64,000 nt of DNA from Candidatus Cloacimonadales bacterium (GTDB lineage Bacteria; Cloacimonadota; Cloacimonadia; Cloacimonadales; DAONDQ01): the NCBI GenBank assembly GCA_963662275.1, contig OY759316.1:3872001-3936000 (forward strand), in the 5' to 3' direction. Made by a program: the position numbers and the translations under genes. This document shows positions 41,353 to 50,380 of this stretch, in pieces. The first letter of the stretch is position 1. Each line of letters begins with the position of its first letter. Below the pieces are notes generated by a model. The model did not search any database. It saw only the letters and a list, made by a program, of their open reading frames with translations, and was not told where the DNA came from.

Positions 41353-41423
41353 TCAAAGCTGAGATATTATCATCCAAATTATCACAATCTGGATTTGTTA
41401 TTGAGAGTTGTTAATCTCTAATG

Positions 41424-42167
41424 TTATTCGTTACTTGCTGGTTCTTTAATGGTTATAACATCTAAAGCCCTCTTATCAACTTCAGCAAAGAGTGGTATTA
41501 ATTTGGAAAAATAATCTTCTATGAGTTGGTATGGTGATATATTAATACGTTCATGGATAAGCCCTAATCCATAAGCTTTGATTTCTTCATCAATAAATCC
41601 ATATAAATGTGTTACTTTATTCCTAATGGTGTTAATTTTATGTAGATATTTCTGCTCCTCTTGGTTAAACAGATCAATATCTGTGATTTGTTTATAAATT
41701 AGGATACGCATATTATATGATAGTTTTGAAAAAGAACAAAATAATCCCCATATTTTATCTTCATCATTATCATGATTTATTGCCTGCTGAAATTCTGACT
41801 TGAGATCTTCTCTTCTTTTTGTAATAAATTCCATGAGTTTTTGTTCAAACTTACTCTCTTTAATAACAATTGAACTTAATAAATCAGAAACGTATGTTTC
41901 GCACAAATCCATTGCATGTGCTAACAATATCTGAGTCCAATTTTCACAGGAAATATCTTTAGAGGAATTTTCAATATTCATTTCAATATCTTCATCAAAA
42001 TCATCATTCTCACTTTGATAAAACACCTTTTCACAATCGAAATATTTCCTAATAGCGCTAGATCTTTCATCTTGTGTCATTGACATAAATGAAAGTGTAG
42101 TAAATGTGAGTGCTCCTAATTCGTTTAACTTATTATTGAAATTCATGAATGCTCTTGTTACTTTCAT
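41424..42167 (-). CDS. Hypothetical helical protein with HEPN-like Rx4H motif
   Basis: E-containing helix DLCETYV and IRNKVTH. Confidence 0.6.
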   Translation of the reverse strand: MKVTRAFMNFNNKLNELGALTFTTLSFMSMTQDERSSAIRKYFDCEKVFYQSENDDFDEDIEMNIENSSKDISCENWTQILLAHAMDLCETYVSDLLSSIVIKESKFEQKLMEFITKRREDLKSEFQQAINHDNDEDKIWGLFCSFSKLSYNMRILIYKQITDIDLFNQEEQKYLHKINTIRNKVTHLYGFIDEEIKAYGLGLIHERINISPYQLIEDYFSKLIPLFAEVDKRALDVITIKEPASNE

Positions 42168-42350
42168 AAAAAACCTCTAAATTGTATTCCGTAATATAAT
42201 CATAATGTTAACAAATGTAGAATTGAAATCTGTCAGAACTATATATCTAAATATAAATAAATAACTCACCTGTTCCTTCCGATTTGCCAAGTCTGAATTG
42301 ATTTTGAGGCTTTACTACCCAAACGTTCAGAGAATGTTGTCATGTATATT

Positions 42351-43325
42351 CTAAATTCCAATTTCTTTTATATGCTCTTCAATCTCATTAAGTGTAAAAA
42401 TCACTAGTTTCTTACTCAGAGTTGTTGACAATTCAAGTAAGGAACCCTTGATGCTATCATTCTGTACGACAATCCAAATTTCTATACTATCTCGTATTTG
42501 TTCAAAGACTGGTATTTGTTCAATAGATATCATCCCGATTTCTTTTTTCACATGCAATGTCCCAAATCTTGCTTTTAGGATACGATCTAATTTAACTACT
42601 CGCCATTTGATTAAATCAGTATTGTATAAATTAAACATTCCAAAGTAGACATATCTAAATCCAGCAAAATCGTTTAACAAATTGAAACCCAACGGACTTC
42701 CTAATAAATATATGTTCTTAGTACCATCATCTACTATTGGTGACATTAGCATATCATGTGATATTAAAAAGACATCTACTACCTTATCTATTGGTACTAT
42801 AGAAGTATTCTCAGGTTGTGTTTCAGCAATAGCTAATTTAATTGTTTCTTCTGCTTTGACTTTAAACTCATTATCCTTATACTTTACTGTGTCAAGCCCA
42901 GCTACATTAAAAGGCAAAGCACTAGATTCTTTTTGGAAAGGTATAGTATATTTATTAAATCCAAGCATTAAACCATATTCCATGTAAACATTAGCATTTG
43001 GAATTTCAGTACTCTCTTTAGTATCATGGTTTAATAATACAATACAAAATGAAGATGTGATAATTCTCGAACAAATTTTTGTACAAAAAGCAGATTTTCC
43101 TGGTGTCGTAGTTTTACCAGCCTCAAAAACTTCTATCCCATTGTTAGTTAGGATATCAATAATAATGTCTCTTTCTAAAGGAGATGTATTGAAGCCATAT
43201 GCAATAAAACATGACCTCATTGAATCAAAAACGTAACCACATGAGGGTAACCCAATTGAGCATTGGTCATTTCTTTTCAATGAATTGTTCAAAATGCTTC
43301 TCCTTTTTGAGTACATTGCTCTCAA
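42351..43325 (-). CDS. TIR-like / nucleoside-deoxyribosyltransferase-like domain protein; probable TTG start 43292
   Basis: CFIAYGF, PNANVYMEYG, LPFNV motif set; AGGAG before TTG 43292. Confidence 0.65.
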   Translation of the reverse strand: MRAMYSKRRSILNNSLKRNDQCSIGLPSCGYVFDSMRSCFIAYGFNTSPLERDIIIDILTNNGIEVFEAGKTTTPGKSAFCTKICSRIITSSFCIVLLNHDTKESTEIPNANVYMEYGLMLGFNKYTIPFQKESSALPFNVAGLDTVKYKDNEFKVKAEETIKLAIAETQPENTSIVPIDKVVDVFLISHDMLMSPIVDDGTKNIYLLGSPLGFNLLNDFAGFRYVYFGMFNLYNTDLIKWRVVKLDRILKARFGTLHVKKEIGMISIEQIPVFEQIRDSIEIWIVVQNDSIKGSLLELSTTLSKKLVIFTLNEIEEHIKEIGI

Positions 43326-43473
43326 ATTATTTTTAGTTTTGATTTTTGCTTTATATTTATTGTTATCGCACTAAATGCGTCCAGTATTTTTCTTCTTGTA
43401 AGGTCATTATTTCTCGATTAATAAATTCTACAAAAACACAATTTCTAATTGATGTGCTTGACAAGAAGATTAA

Positions 43474-43777
43474 ATCATTATAACAGAGATTGAAGATGGA
43501 CCCTGTCGTTTGGAAGAAATTTCCAGAGAAAAGTTCATTCGCATAATTGAGGAGTCCAAAAGTGAAACAGGTTATCTTGTCGATTAAACCGGAATATGCC
43601 GAGAAGATATTCAGTGGTGAGAAGCTTTATGAAACAAGGTTCTTTGATTACTTCAACGGCAAGGATGAGGGTTATGCTCTGAAAATCAAGAATATTCAAC
43701 GGTATGAAACTCCCAAAGCGCTGATCGATTATCTTTGTTATACTGCACCACAGTCATTTGCATATTATGGAAGTTAA
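43474..43777 (+). pseudogene. Relic GNAT-like C-terminus followed by internally deleted ASCH-domain gene
   Basis: ILSIKPEYAEKIFSGEKLYE joined directly to FFDYF...APQSFAY; overlapping upstream frame ends ISREKFIRIIEESKSETGYLVD*. Confidence 0.7.
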
Positions 43778-43909
43778 AGATTGGTAGATAAGGTACAGAG
43801 ATAACCATTAAGAAGAGGATAGACACGCGGGTCTATCCCTACAACTTTAACAAATAAATCCGAACCAACCACATAAGCCACTTATAACCCCCAGCATTCC
43901 CAAAGGATT

Positions 43910-44043
43910 GTACCTATTTGAATCCAATTTGATACCAGTTTCAATCCTGTTTCATACCAGTCTCATACCAGTTTCATACCTGTTTCGTTAAACAGGAAAG
44001 AGATTAGTATGCACTTGGTATGAACGTGGATTGAACTGGGTAT
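43910..44043. repeat. Degenerate 11-bp-period array with mirrored second half
   Basis: About 7 ATACCWGTTTC units, then 4 inverted units GARNTRGTAT-like. Confidence 0.7.
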
Positions 44044-44124
44044 CAATAATGCGGGTTATAGTCGCCAAGTTGGTTATTTTTGATTATTTCTTTACAACCT
44101 TGTTCATTCACTTATCCTATATCC

Positions 44125-45090
44125 ATGAAAGAAAATATAGTATTAATGAGTATTGGAGATTGTATTCCCGAAGGAAAATTCACAGAGATAGATTCTATCT
44201 TCGAGAAAGTAGTGAATTTCGTTTGGGAGAATAAAGTGATTGCTGTTTGTACGCCGGCATTGAGACCCGGACCGTATAATGTTATTGTATCGGGGATAGG
44301 GATAGAGCAGATAAAGGGAGTAGAGACGACCAATCAGGGTGTATTGATCTACACAGAAGATAGTCAGAGAGGAATCTTATGTCACAACGGAGAAGAACAT
44401 AAGATCGGAATCTTATGCCACAACCAGGAATTGGTTTATCATTCAGAGTTGGAGATCAAACCTATCAATAAGCGTTTATTAATAGGAAATCTTGATTATA
44501 TAAAGACCGAGTTGCTGACATGTTTCGCTGAGAACAGCTTGGCTTTTCTGCTTGAGCCTGAACCTCCACAAGCAATTGATGCAACGTGTGGTAATAAGGT
44601 AAAAAAGGAAGACAGTAAGATCGGAATCTTGCTAAACTTTGAAGAAGCATATCGTCAGAAATTTATTGAATTATACAAAGAATTACAGTTAAAAAGAGAT
44701 GTAGAAAGCGTACTTGCCTTTCATGGATACGGGTATGGACTAACTCCAGCAGGTGACGATTTTATCATAGGTTACATGATTGGACTTCATATTTTATCAA
44801 AACTCTGCAAAAATGAGTTGTCAAAACAACTGGACTCTCTATATTCTGGCATGTTAAGAAACTCATCACATCGGGTGGTCAATACGTTTGTTCAAATGGC
44901 ATATGAAGGGAGATATTCAGAACCTTGGAAATTCTTCCTGCAAGCATTGCTGACAACAGACTTGTGTGATCATGTGATGTTGTTAAAAGACAGCCTGGAC
45001 ATTGGAGCAACTTCCGGTTCTGATACAATGGTGGGTATGATCTCAGCATTGGTCGGGCTGCCGAACTCCGATTCGGCAGATTGGACGTAA
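44125..45090 (+). CDS. DUF2877 / YlbF (AllH)-like protein with REP-derived insertions
   Basis: GYGYGLTPAGDDFIIG and IGATSGSDTMVG; precedes fdrA. Confidence 0.82.
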   Translation: MKENIVLMSIGDCIPEGKFTEIDSIFEKVVNFVWENKVIAVCTPALRPGPYNVIVSGIGIEQIKGVETTNQGVLIYTEDSQRGILCHNGEEHKIGILCHNQELVYHSELEIKPINKRLLIGNLDYIKTELLTCFAENSLAFLLEPEPPQAIDATCGNKVKKEDSKIGILLNFEEAYRQKFIELYKELQLKRDVESVLAFHGYGYGLTPAGDDFIIGYMIGLHILSKLCKNELSKQLDSLYSGMLRNSSHRVVNTFVQMAYEGRYSEPWKFFLQALLTTDLCDHVMLLKDSLDIGATSGSDTMVGMISALVGLPNSDSADWT

Positions 45091-45168
45091 TCCAATAGTC
45101 CTGTTTTATGCGACTTTCAGTCGCTGTGACAAATCGGAGTTTGTCACCCCAATATAAGGTGGTTTTTT

Positions 45169-46743
45169 ATGGCAATAATTGGAACTATCCTACGTGGTAG
45201 GTATTTTGATTCAGTCAAACTGATGCTGATTTCTAAAGAAATACGTCAAAAAGAAGGTGTCATAGATGCAGTTGCCATTATGGCAACAAAGGAGAATAAA
45301 TCCATCCTGAAATCCACAGGAATGCTTCTCCCTGAATTTGAATCAGCCAATGAAACTGAGATATGCATTGCGATCAACACAGAAAACGATGCTCTTTCCC
45401 ATTCTATTCTAGAAGAAACAAAACAATGGTTGGAGAAAGGCGGACCGGTATCTGCAAATCGTGAAGAAAGTGATATTTTGCCAAAAAGCATTAAAAGTGC
45501 TTTCACTCATTTACCGGAAGCGAATTTAGTCTTGATATCCGTTGCCGGAAAATATGCAGGACATGAAGCTCGAACTGCCCTGGACTTGGGTTTGAATGTG
45601 ATGCTCTTTTCAGATAATGTATCTCTGGAAACAGAGAAATCCCTGAAGGAATATGCACTTTCCAAGGATCTATTATGTATGGGGCCGGACTGCGGAACAG
45701 CCATCATTAATGGAGTTCCTTTAGCTTTTGCCAATGTTGTCAGACAGGGTAAGATAGGTATTGTATCAGCTTCCGGTACAGGATTACAGGAAGTTAGTTC
45801 CGTGATTCATAATCTTGGGGAAGGAATTTCCCAGGCTTTTGGTACAGGTGGTAGAGATGGAAAAAAAGAAATTGGCGGTACCATGCTGCTTGCCTGTCTG
45901 CAATACCTTGTAGAAGATCCGGAGACAGAAGTTATCGTATTGATCAGTAAAGTGCCAGATGAGACAGTTATTGATAAAATATGGAAATTAGTACTATCCA
46001 CTCAAAAGACAGTGATTGCGAATTTCCTTCGTGATTTTGTTTTACCCAAATATCCAAATCTTCATACTGGTTTAACCTTGGCTGATACTGCCTATGCAGC
46101 CGTATACTTATTAGCACAATCCAATGGAAAGATGCCGAATTATCCCTTCAGCAGAAAAGAAGACTCAATGTTAGCTAAATTAGCAGAAATCAGCTTACCA
46201 AATTTACCTCGGAAATATTTGCGTGGTATCTTCAGTGGTGGAACACTCTGTTATGAAGCACAGCAGATATTCTCAAGAAAATTCGTGGAGCAACCTGCTT
46301 ACAGTAATGCACCTCTCAATCCGGTATATCAGTTAGCAGATGCCTGGATCAGCCATGATGATACAATTGTCGATTTGGGGGCGGATGAATTCACTGTCGG
46401 ACGTCCTCATCCAATGATCGACTATTCACTTCGGTTGAAGAAGATCGAAGAGGAAAGCAAAGATACTCAGACTGCTGTTATTCTTCTTGATGTAGTTCTG
46501 GGATATGGTGCTCATCAAACACCGCACCTGGAACTGGCTCCCCTAATTAAAAAAATATCAAAAAATACAGATATCATAGTTTTGTGTGCAGTTGTTGGTA
46601 CAGACCTAGATCCGCAAAATCGCAGCGAAGTAATGAATGAATTGACCCAAGCAGGAGCAATTGTCACAGATACAAATGCTGAAGCCTGTGAATTGGCAAC
46701 TGAGATTATTTTTCATATGAGAGGGGATGAAGATGCCATTTAA
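45169..46743 (+). CDS. fdrA: Acyl-CoA synthetase-like FdrA (AllF)
   Basis: YFDSVKLM, MLFSDNV, MGPDCGT, ASGTGLQE, GRPHPMID. Confidence 0.92.
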   Translation: MAIIGTILRGRYFDSVKLMLISKEIRQKEGVIDAVAIMATKENKSILKSTGMLLPEFESANETEICIAINTENDALSHSILEETKQWLEKGGPVSANREESDILPKSIKSAFTHLPEANLVLISVAGKYAGHEARTALDLGLNVMLFSDNVSLETEKSLKEYALSKDLLCMGPDCGTAIINGVPLAFANVVRQGKIGIVSASGTGLQEVSSVIHNLGEGISQAFGTGGRDGKKEIGGTMLLACLQYLVEDPETEVIVLISKVPDETVIDKIWKLVLSTQKTVIANFLRDFVLPKYPNLHTGLTLADTAYAAVYLLAQSNGKMPNYPFSRKEDSMLAKLAEISLPNLPRKYLRGIFSGGTLCYEAQQIFSRKFVEQPAYSNAPLNPVYQLADAWISHDDTIVDLGADEFTVGRPHPMIDYSLRLKKIEEESKDTQTAVILLDVVLGYGAHQTPHLELAPLIKKISKNTDIIVLCAVVGTDLDPQNRSEVMNELTQAGAIVTDTNAEACELATEIIFHMRGDEDAI

Positions 46744-48148
46744 CAATTTAGTAAACCAGACGATGAAAGTCATTAATGTTGGTCTTGAATCATTTCTATT
46801 AGATTTAGAAAAACAAGCGGTTGAAGCCATTCAAGTTGATTGGAATCCACCCGCGGCTGTCGATCCGCTGAGTCGGGAATTACTTGAGTCACATATCGAT
46901 ATCATTACCAAAGCAAATTTGCAGGTCATGGATATCATTCAAAAAGGAAAACCTGTGCTGATGGGTTTGGATATTGCCCGTAACGTTATTCCCGGTATGC
47001 ATGAAAACCTCTTTCTTCATGCAGGTCCCCCCATCACTTGGGAACGAATGTGCGGTCCGATGCGAGGTGCCATTATCGGTGCCTTAATGTATGAAAAGAA
47101 AGCATCGACACCAGAGGAGGCAGAGAAACTGGCTGCTTCAGGTAAAATCAAGTACGCACCATGTCATGAACATAACGCTGTGGGTCCAATGGCTGGAATC
47201 ATCTCTTCATCGATGCCCGTTTATATTATACAAAATGAAGCATACGGCAATTACGCATACTGCACACAAAATGAAGGATTGGGAAAAGTACTTCGCTATG
47301 GGGCTTTCCAGCCCGAGGTTTTAGATAGACTTCGCTGGATGGAACACATCATGTATCCTGTTTTAGATAAAGCCATTCGTTCAATCGGAAAGATCGATCT
47401 TTCCAATTTAATCGCACAAGCGCTGCATATGGGAGATGAAGTTCATAATCGCAATCGCGCAGGTACTTCTCTCTTCTTCAGACAATTGGCACCTGCCATG
47501 ATCCGTACTTCATCAAATATGGAAGATACAGCAAAAGTGCTGGAATTCATCAATGGTAATGATCATTCTTTTTTGAACCTGTCTATGCCTGCCTGCAAAG
47601 CCGTATTGGATGCTGCCAGGAATATACCCAACAGCAGCATAGCTGTTGTTATGGCACGTAATGGAACTGACTTTGGTGTCCAGCTTTCAGGCACTGGCAA
47701 CGAGTGGTTTACAGGTCCGGCATTAGTACCGGATGCTCTTTATTTTCCCGGTTATTCGAAAGCGGATGCCAATCCTGATATTGGTGATAGTGCCATCACA
47801 GAAACAGGAGGATTGGGTGGATTTGCCATTGCTGCTGCCCCAGCAATCGTACAGTTTGTTGGTGGGAATGTATCTGATGCTATCAAATATACAACATGGA
47901 TGTACGAAATCACCGCAATGGAGAGTCGAAATTATCAAATTCCTTATTTAAACTTCCGTGGTACTCCCATCGGAATAGATATTATGAAAGTAATCGATCG
48001 AAATTTAACTCCCTTCATCGATACCGGCGTTGCTCATAAGAATCCGGGTATCGGACAAGTGGGTGCAGGTGTTGTGAAAGCACCTTTGGAACCATTCCTG
48101 CAAGCTTATTTAGGAGTAGCGAAATCAATTTCAGGAGGAAATAAATGA
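46727..48148 (+). CDS. DUF1116 / YlbE-YahG (AllG)-like protein
   Basis: LHAGPP, PCHEHNAVGPMAG, MGDEVHNRN, RNGTDFG, GDSAITE. Confidence 0.88.
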   Translation: MKMPFNNLVNQTMKVINVGLESFLLDLEKQAVEAIQVDWNPPAAVDPLSRELLESHIDIITKANLQVMDIIQKGKPVLMGLDIARNVIPGMHENLFLHAGPPITWERMCGPMRGAIIGALMYEKKASTPEEAEKLAASGKIKYAPCHEHNAVGPMAGIISSSMPVYIIQNEAYGNYAYCTQNEGLGKVLRYGAFQPEVLDRLRWMEHIMYPVLDKAIRSIGKIDLSNLIAQALHMGDEVHNRNRAGTSLFFRQLAPAMIRTSSNMEDTAKVLEFINGNDHSFLNLSMPACKAVLDAARNIPNSSIAVVMARNGTDFGVQLSGTGNEWFTGPALVPDALYFPGYSKADANPDIGDSAITETGGLGGFAIAAAPAIVQFVGGNVSDAIKYTTWMYEITAMESRNYQIPYLNFRGTPIGIDIMKVIDRNLTPFIDTGVAHKNPGIGQVGAGVVKAPLEPFLQAYLGVAKSISGGNK

Positions 48149-48957
48149 ACATTCAAGAATTTCTGCAATTTATGGGAACAGTCAAAATGTATGACCTGAC
48201 CCAGCGTCTCAGTATTCATACACCACCTTGGCCTAGCTACATGCCCTTAGGTATTCAATATTTCAAACGTATTGCCGGTGCTCACATGGGACAAGGGGCA
48301 AATGGACAAATAATCACCACTAGCAATCATGTCGGGACACATATCGATGGTGAAATTCATTTTCATGCCAGTGGCAGAACCATTGGTAATGTTCCTATTG
48401 AAGAATGGGTAGGACCTGGTGTGGTCGTTGATATTTCTGATTCAGTAGGTGATTACGATCTATATTCCCCTGAATTGCTTATGAGTAAGGCAGATATTCG
48501 TAAAGGTGATATTCTCATCATCAATACCGGTTATCATAAATATGCCTGGGATCAGCCTGAATCAGATGAACTTCGTTATTTTGTGAAGCATCCCGGTCCT
48601 GATCCATCCTTCCATACTTGGGCTTTAGATATGAAAATCAAGTGGATTGGAGTTGACTGCGGCAGTGCAGATCATCCTATGAATACGATCATCCGAAACT
48701 GGCATCCCAAATCTTTCATCGATGCAGAAAAGAAGCTTATTGCTAATTATGGCAAGGCTTGGGATGAAATGTTCCCACCAGATGAGTTTTATCAAGTCAT
48801 GCATCTGAAGTTATTCCCCAAGAAGCTTGTACATGCTGAAAACCTTGGCGGAGAAATTGATACATTAAGTAATAAGCGGGCGTGGATTGGTCTTTTCCCC
48901 TTACGTGGAATAGAACTCGAGTCATCCATGTGTCGCATTATTGCTTTAGAACCATAA
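48145..48957 (+). CDS. Cyclase family (kynurenine formamidase-like) metal hydrolase
   Basis: HVGTHIDGEIHF (HxGTHxDxxxH), GDILIINTG, HAENL. Confidence 0.88.
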   Translation: MNIQEFLQFMGTVKMYDLTQRLSIHTPPWPSYMPLGIQYFKRIAGAHMGQGANGQIITTSNHVGTHIDGEIHFHASGRTIGNVPIEEWVGPGVVVDISDSVGDYDLYSPELLMSKADIRKGDILIINTGYHKYAWDQPESDELRYFVKHPGPDPSFHTWALDMKIKWIGVDCGSADHPMNTIIRNWHPKSFIDAEKKLIANYGKAWDEMFPPDEFYQVMHLKLFPKKLVHAENLGGEIDTLSNKRAWIGLFPLRGIELESSMCRIIALEP

Positions 48958-48959
48958 TT

Positions 48960-49002
48960 CTCTCTCCCCTCTTTTGGAACAAGAGAGGGGTTGGGGGTGA
49001 GT
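48960..49002. repeat. C/G-run REP hairpin
   Basis: CCCCTCTTTTGGAACAAGAGAGGGGTTGGGGGTGAG; relative at about 29168-29226. Confidence 0.7.
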
Positions 49003-49020
49003 ATATTTGGAGGTTTCCTT

Positions 49021-49914
49021 ATGGCGGTTGTCCATGAGTTCAATTACTATCGTCCTGAAAAATTGGATGAAGTGCTGGTTTTACTAGCCCGGCAAAAAGA
49101 AAAAGCACGAATATTAGCTGGCGGTACAGATCTGGCAGTTCATATCAAGGAAGGTCTTGCCCATCCTGCAGTCGTCATTGATATTAAGCAGGTAGCGGGT
49201 CTGGAAAAGATACGTCATGACGATAATGGTCTGTTTATCGGTGCTCTAGCTACATTCAGCGATATTATTGCATCTGATTTCATTAAACAAAATTATCTGC
49301 TGCTTTGGGAATCTGCAATGTCAGTAGCTTCTGTAGGTATTCGAAACCGTGCTACTTTGGTTGGTAATATCTGTTCTGCTGTTCCTTCCCTGGATTCTGC
49401 CCCTGCCTTGCTTTGTTATGATGCCGTAGTACATACTAAAAGCCTTGAATGTGAAAGACAGATACCGATTACCGAGTTCTTTATTGCTCCTCGGAAAACA
49501 GCTAAGACAGATGATGAAATCGTACTGGGTGTGAGCATTCCTCATCCCGAAACGATGCATGCAGGCTGTTATATCAAGCTGGGGCGTTATCGGGGAGAAG
49601 ATTTGGCACAAGCTGGACTTGGGATTTTAGTTACCGATAATCTTCATTACCATGTTGCCTATTGCGCAGTCGGTCCAATTCCACAGAGAATAGGGAGTAT
49701 TGAAAACCTTCTTGATGGTAAAGAGCTTAATGGTGATCTAATCAACCAGGCAAAGGCTCTTGTACCAAATGAGATATCTCCTATCACGGATATTCGCTCC
49801 AGTAAGGAATATCGTACTTATATGTGCCAAGTTATGTTGGAACGTGGCTTACATGCTTCTGTTGCTAGGCTTCATGGCAAAACAGTGGATGTAACGCGGA
49901 TATTGGGAGGTTGA
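49021..49914 (+). CDS. Xanthine dehydrogenase-family FAD-binding subunit
   Basis: LAGGTDL, IRNRATLVGN, PITDIRSSKEYR; ATG 49021 follows GGAGG. Confidence 0.92.
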   Translation: MAVVHEFNYYRPEKLDEVLVLLARQKEKARILAGGTDLAVHIKEGLAHPAVVIDIKQVAGLEKIRHDDNGLFIGALATFSDIIASDFIKQNYLLLWESAMSVASVGIRNRATLVGNICSAVPSLDSAPALLCYDAVVHTKSLECERQIPITEFFIAPRKTAKTDDEIVLGVSIPHPETMHAGCYIKLGRYRGEDLAQAGLGILVTDNLHYHVAYCAVGPIPQRIGSIENLLDGKELNGDLINQAKALVPNEISPITDIRSSKEYRTYMCQVMLERGLHASVARLHGKTVDVTRILGG

Positions 49915-49915
49915 A

Positions 49916-50380
49916 ATGGCACAAATCAAATTCACATTAAATTCTGAAATACGCATTATAGATATTAAATCGAATGAAACACTGCTTGATGTACTACGTG
50001 ACAAATTAGGAATGAAAAGCCCCAAGTGCGGTTGTGACCGTGGTGACTGTGGTGCTTGTGCTGTACTGTTGAATGGAAAGAGTGTTCGCAGTTGTCTTAT
50101 TTTTGCTGTCGAAGTGGATGGACAGGAAGTGCAAACCCTGGAAGGCATTTCCGGTGATAAGCTGACACAATTGCAGGAAGCCTTCATTGCTTTCAATTCC
50201 TTCCAATGCGGATATTGTGCACCAGGTGTCATTATTTCTGCAACAGAATTATTAAGTCATAATCCTCATCCTGACCTGGAAGAGATAAAAGAAGCCCTTT
50301 CTGGTAATTTATGTCGCTGTACAGGTTATAAACCGATATTTGAAGCAATCCTGGACGTTACCCATAAGGAGGGAAAATGA
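49916..50380 (+). CDS. Xanthine dehydrogenase-family 2x[2Fe-2S] subunit
   Basis: GCDRGDCGAC, QCGYC, GNLCRCTGY. Confidence 0.95.
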   Translation: MAQIKFTLNSEIRIIDIKSNETLLDVLRDKLGMKSPKCGCDRGDCGACAVLLNGKSVRSCLIFAVEVDGQEVQTLEGISGDKLTQLQEAFIAFNSFQCGYCAPGVIISATELLSHNPHPDLEEIKEALSGNLCRCTGYKPIFEAILDVTHKEGK

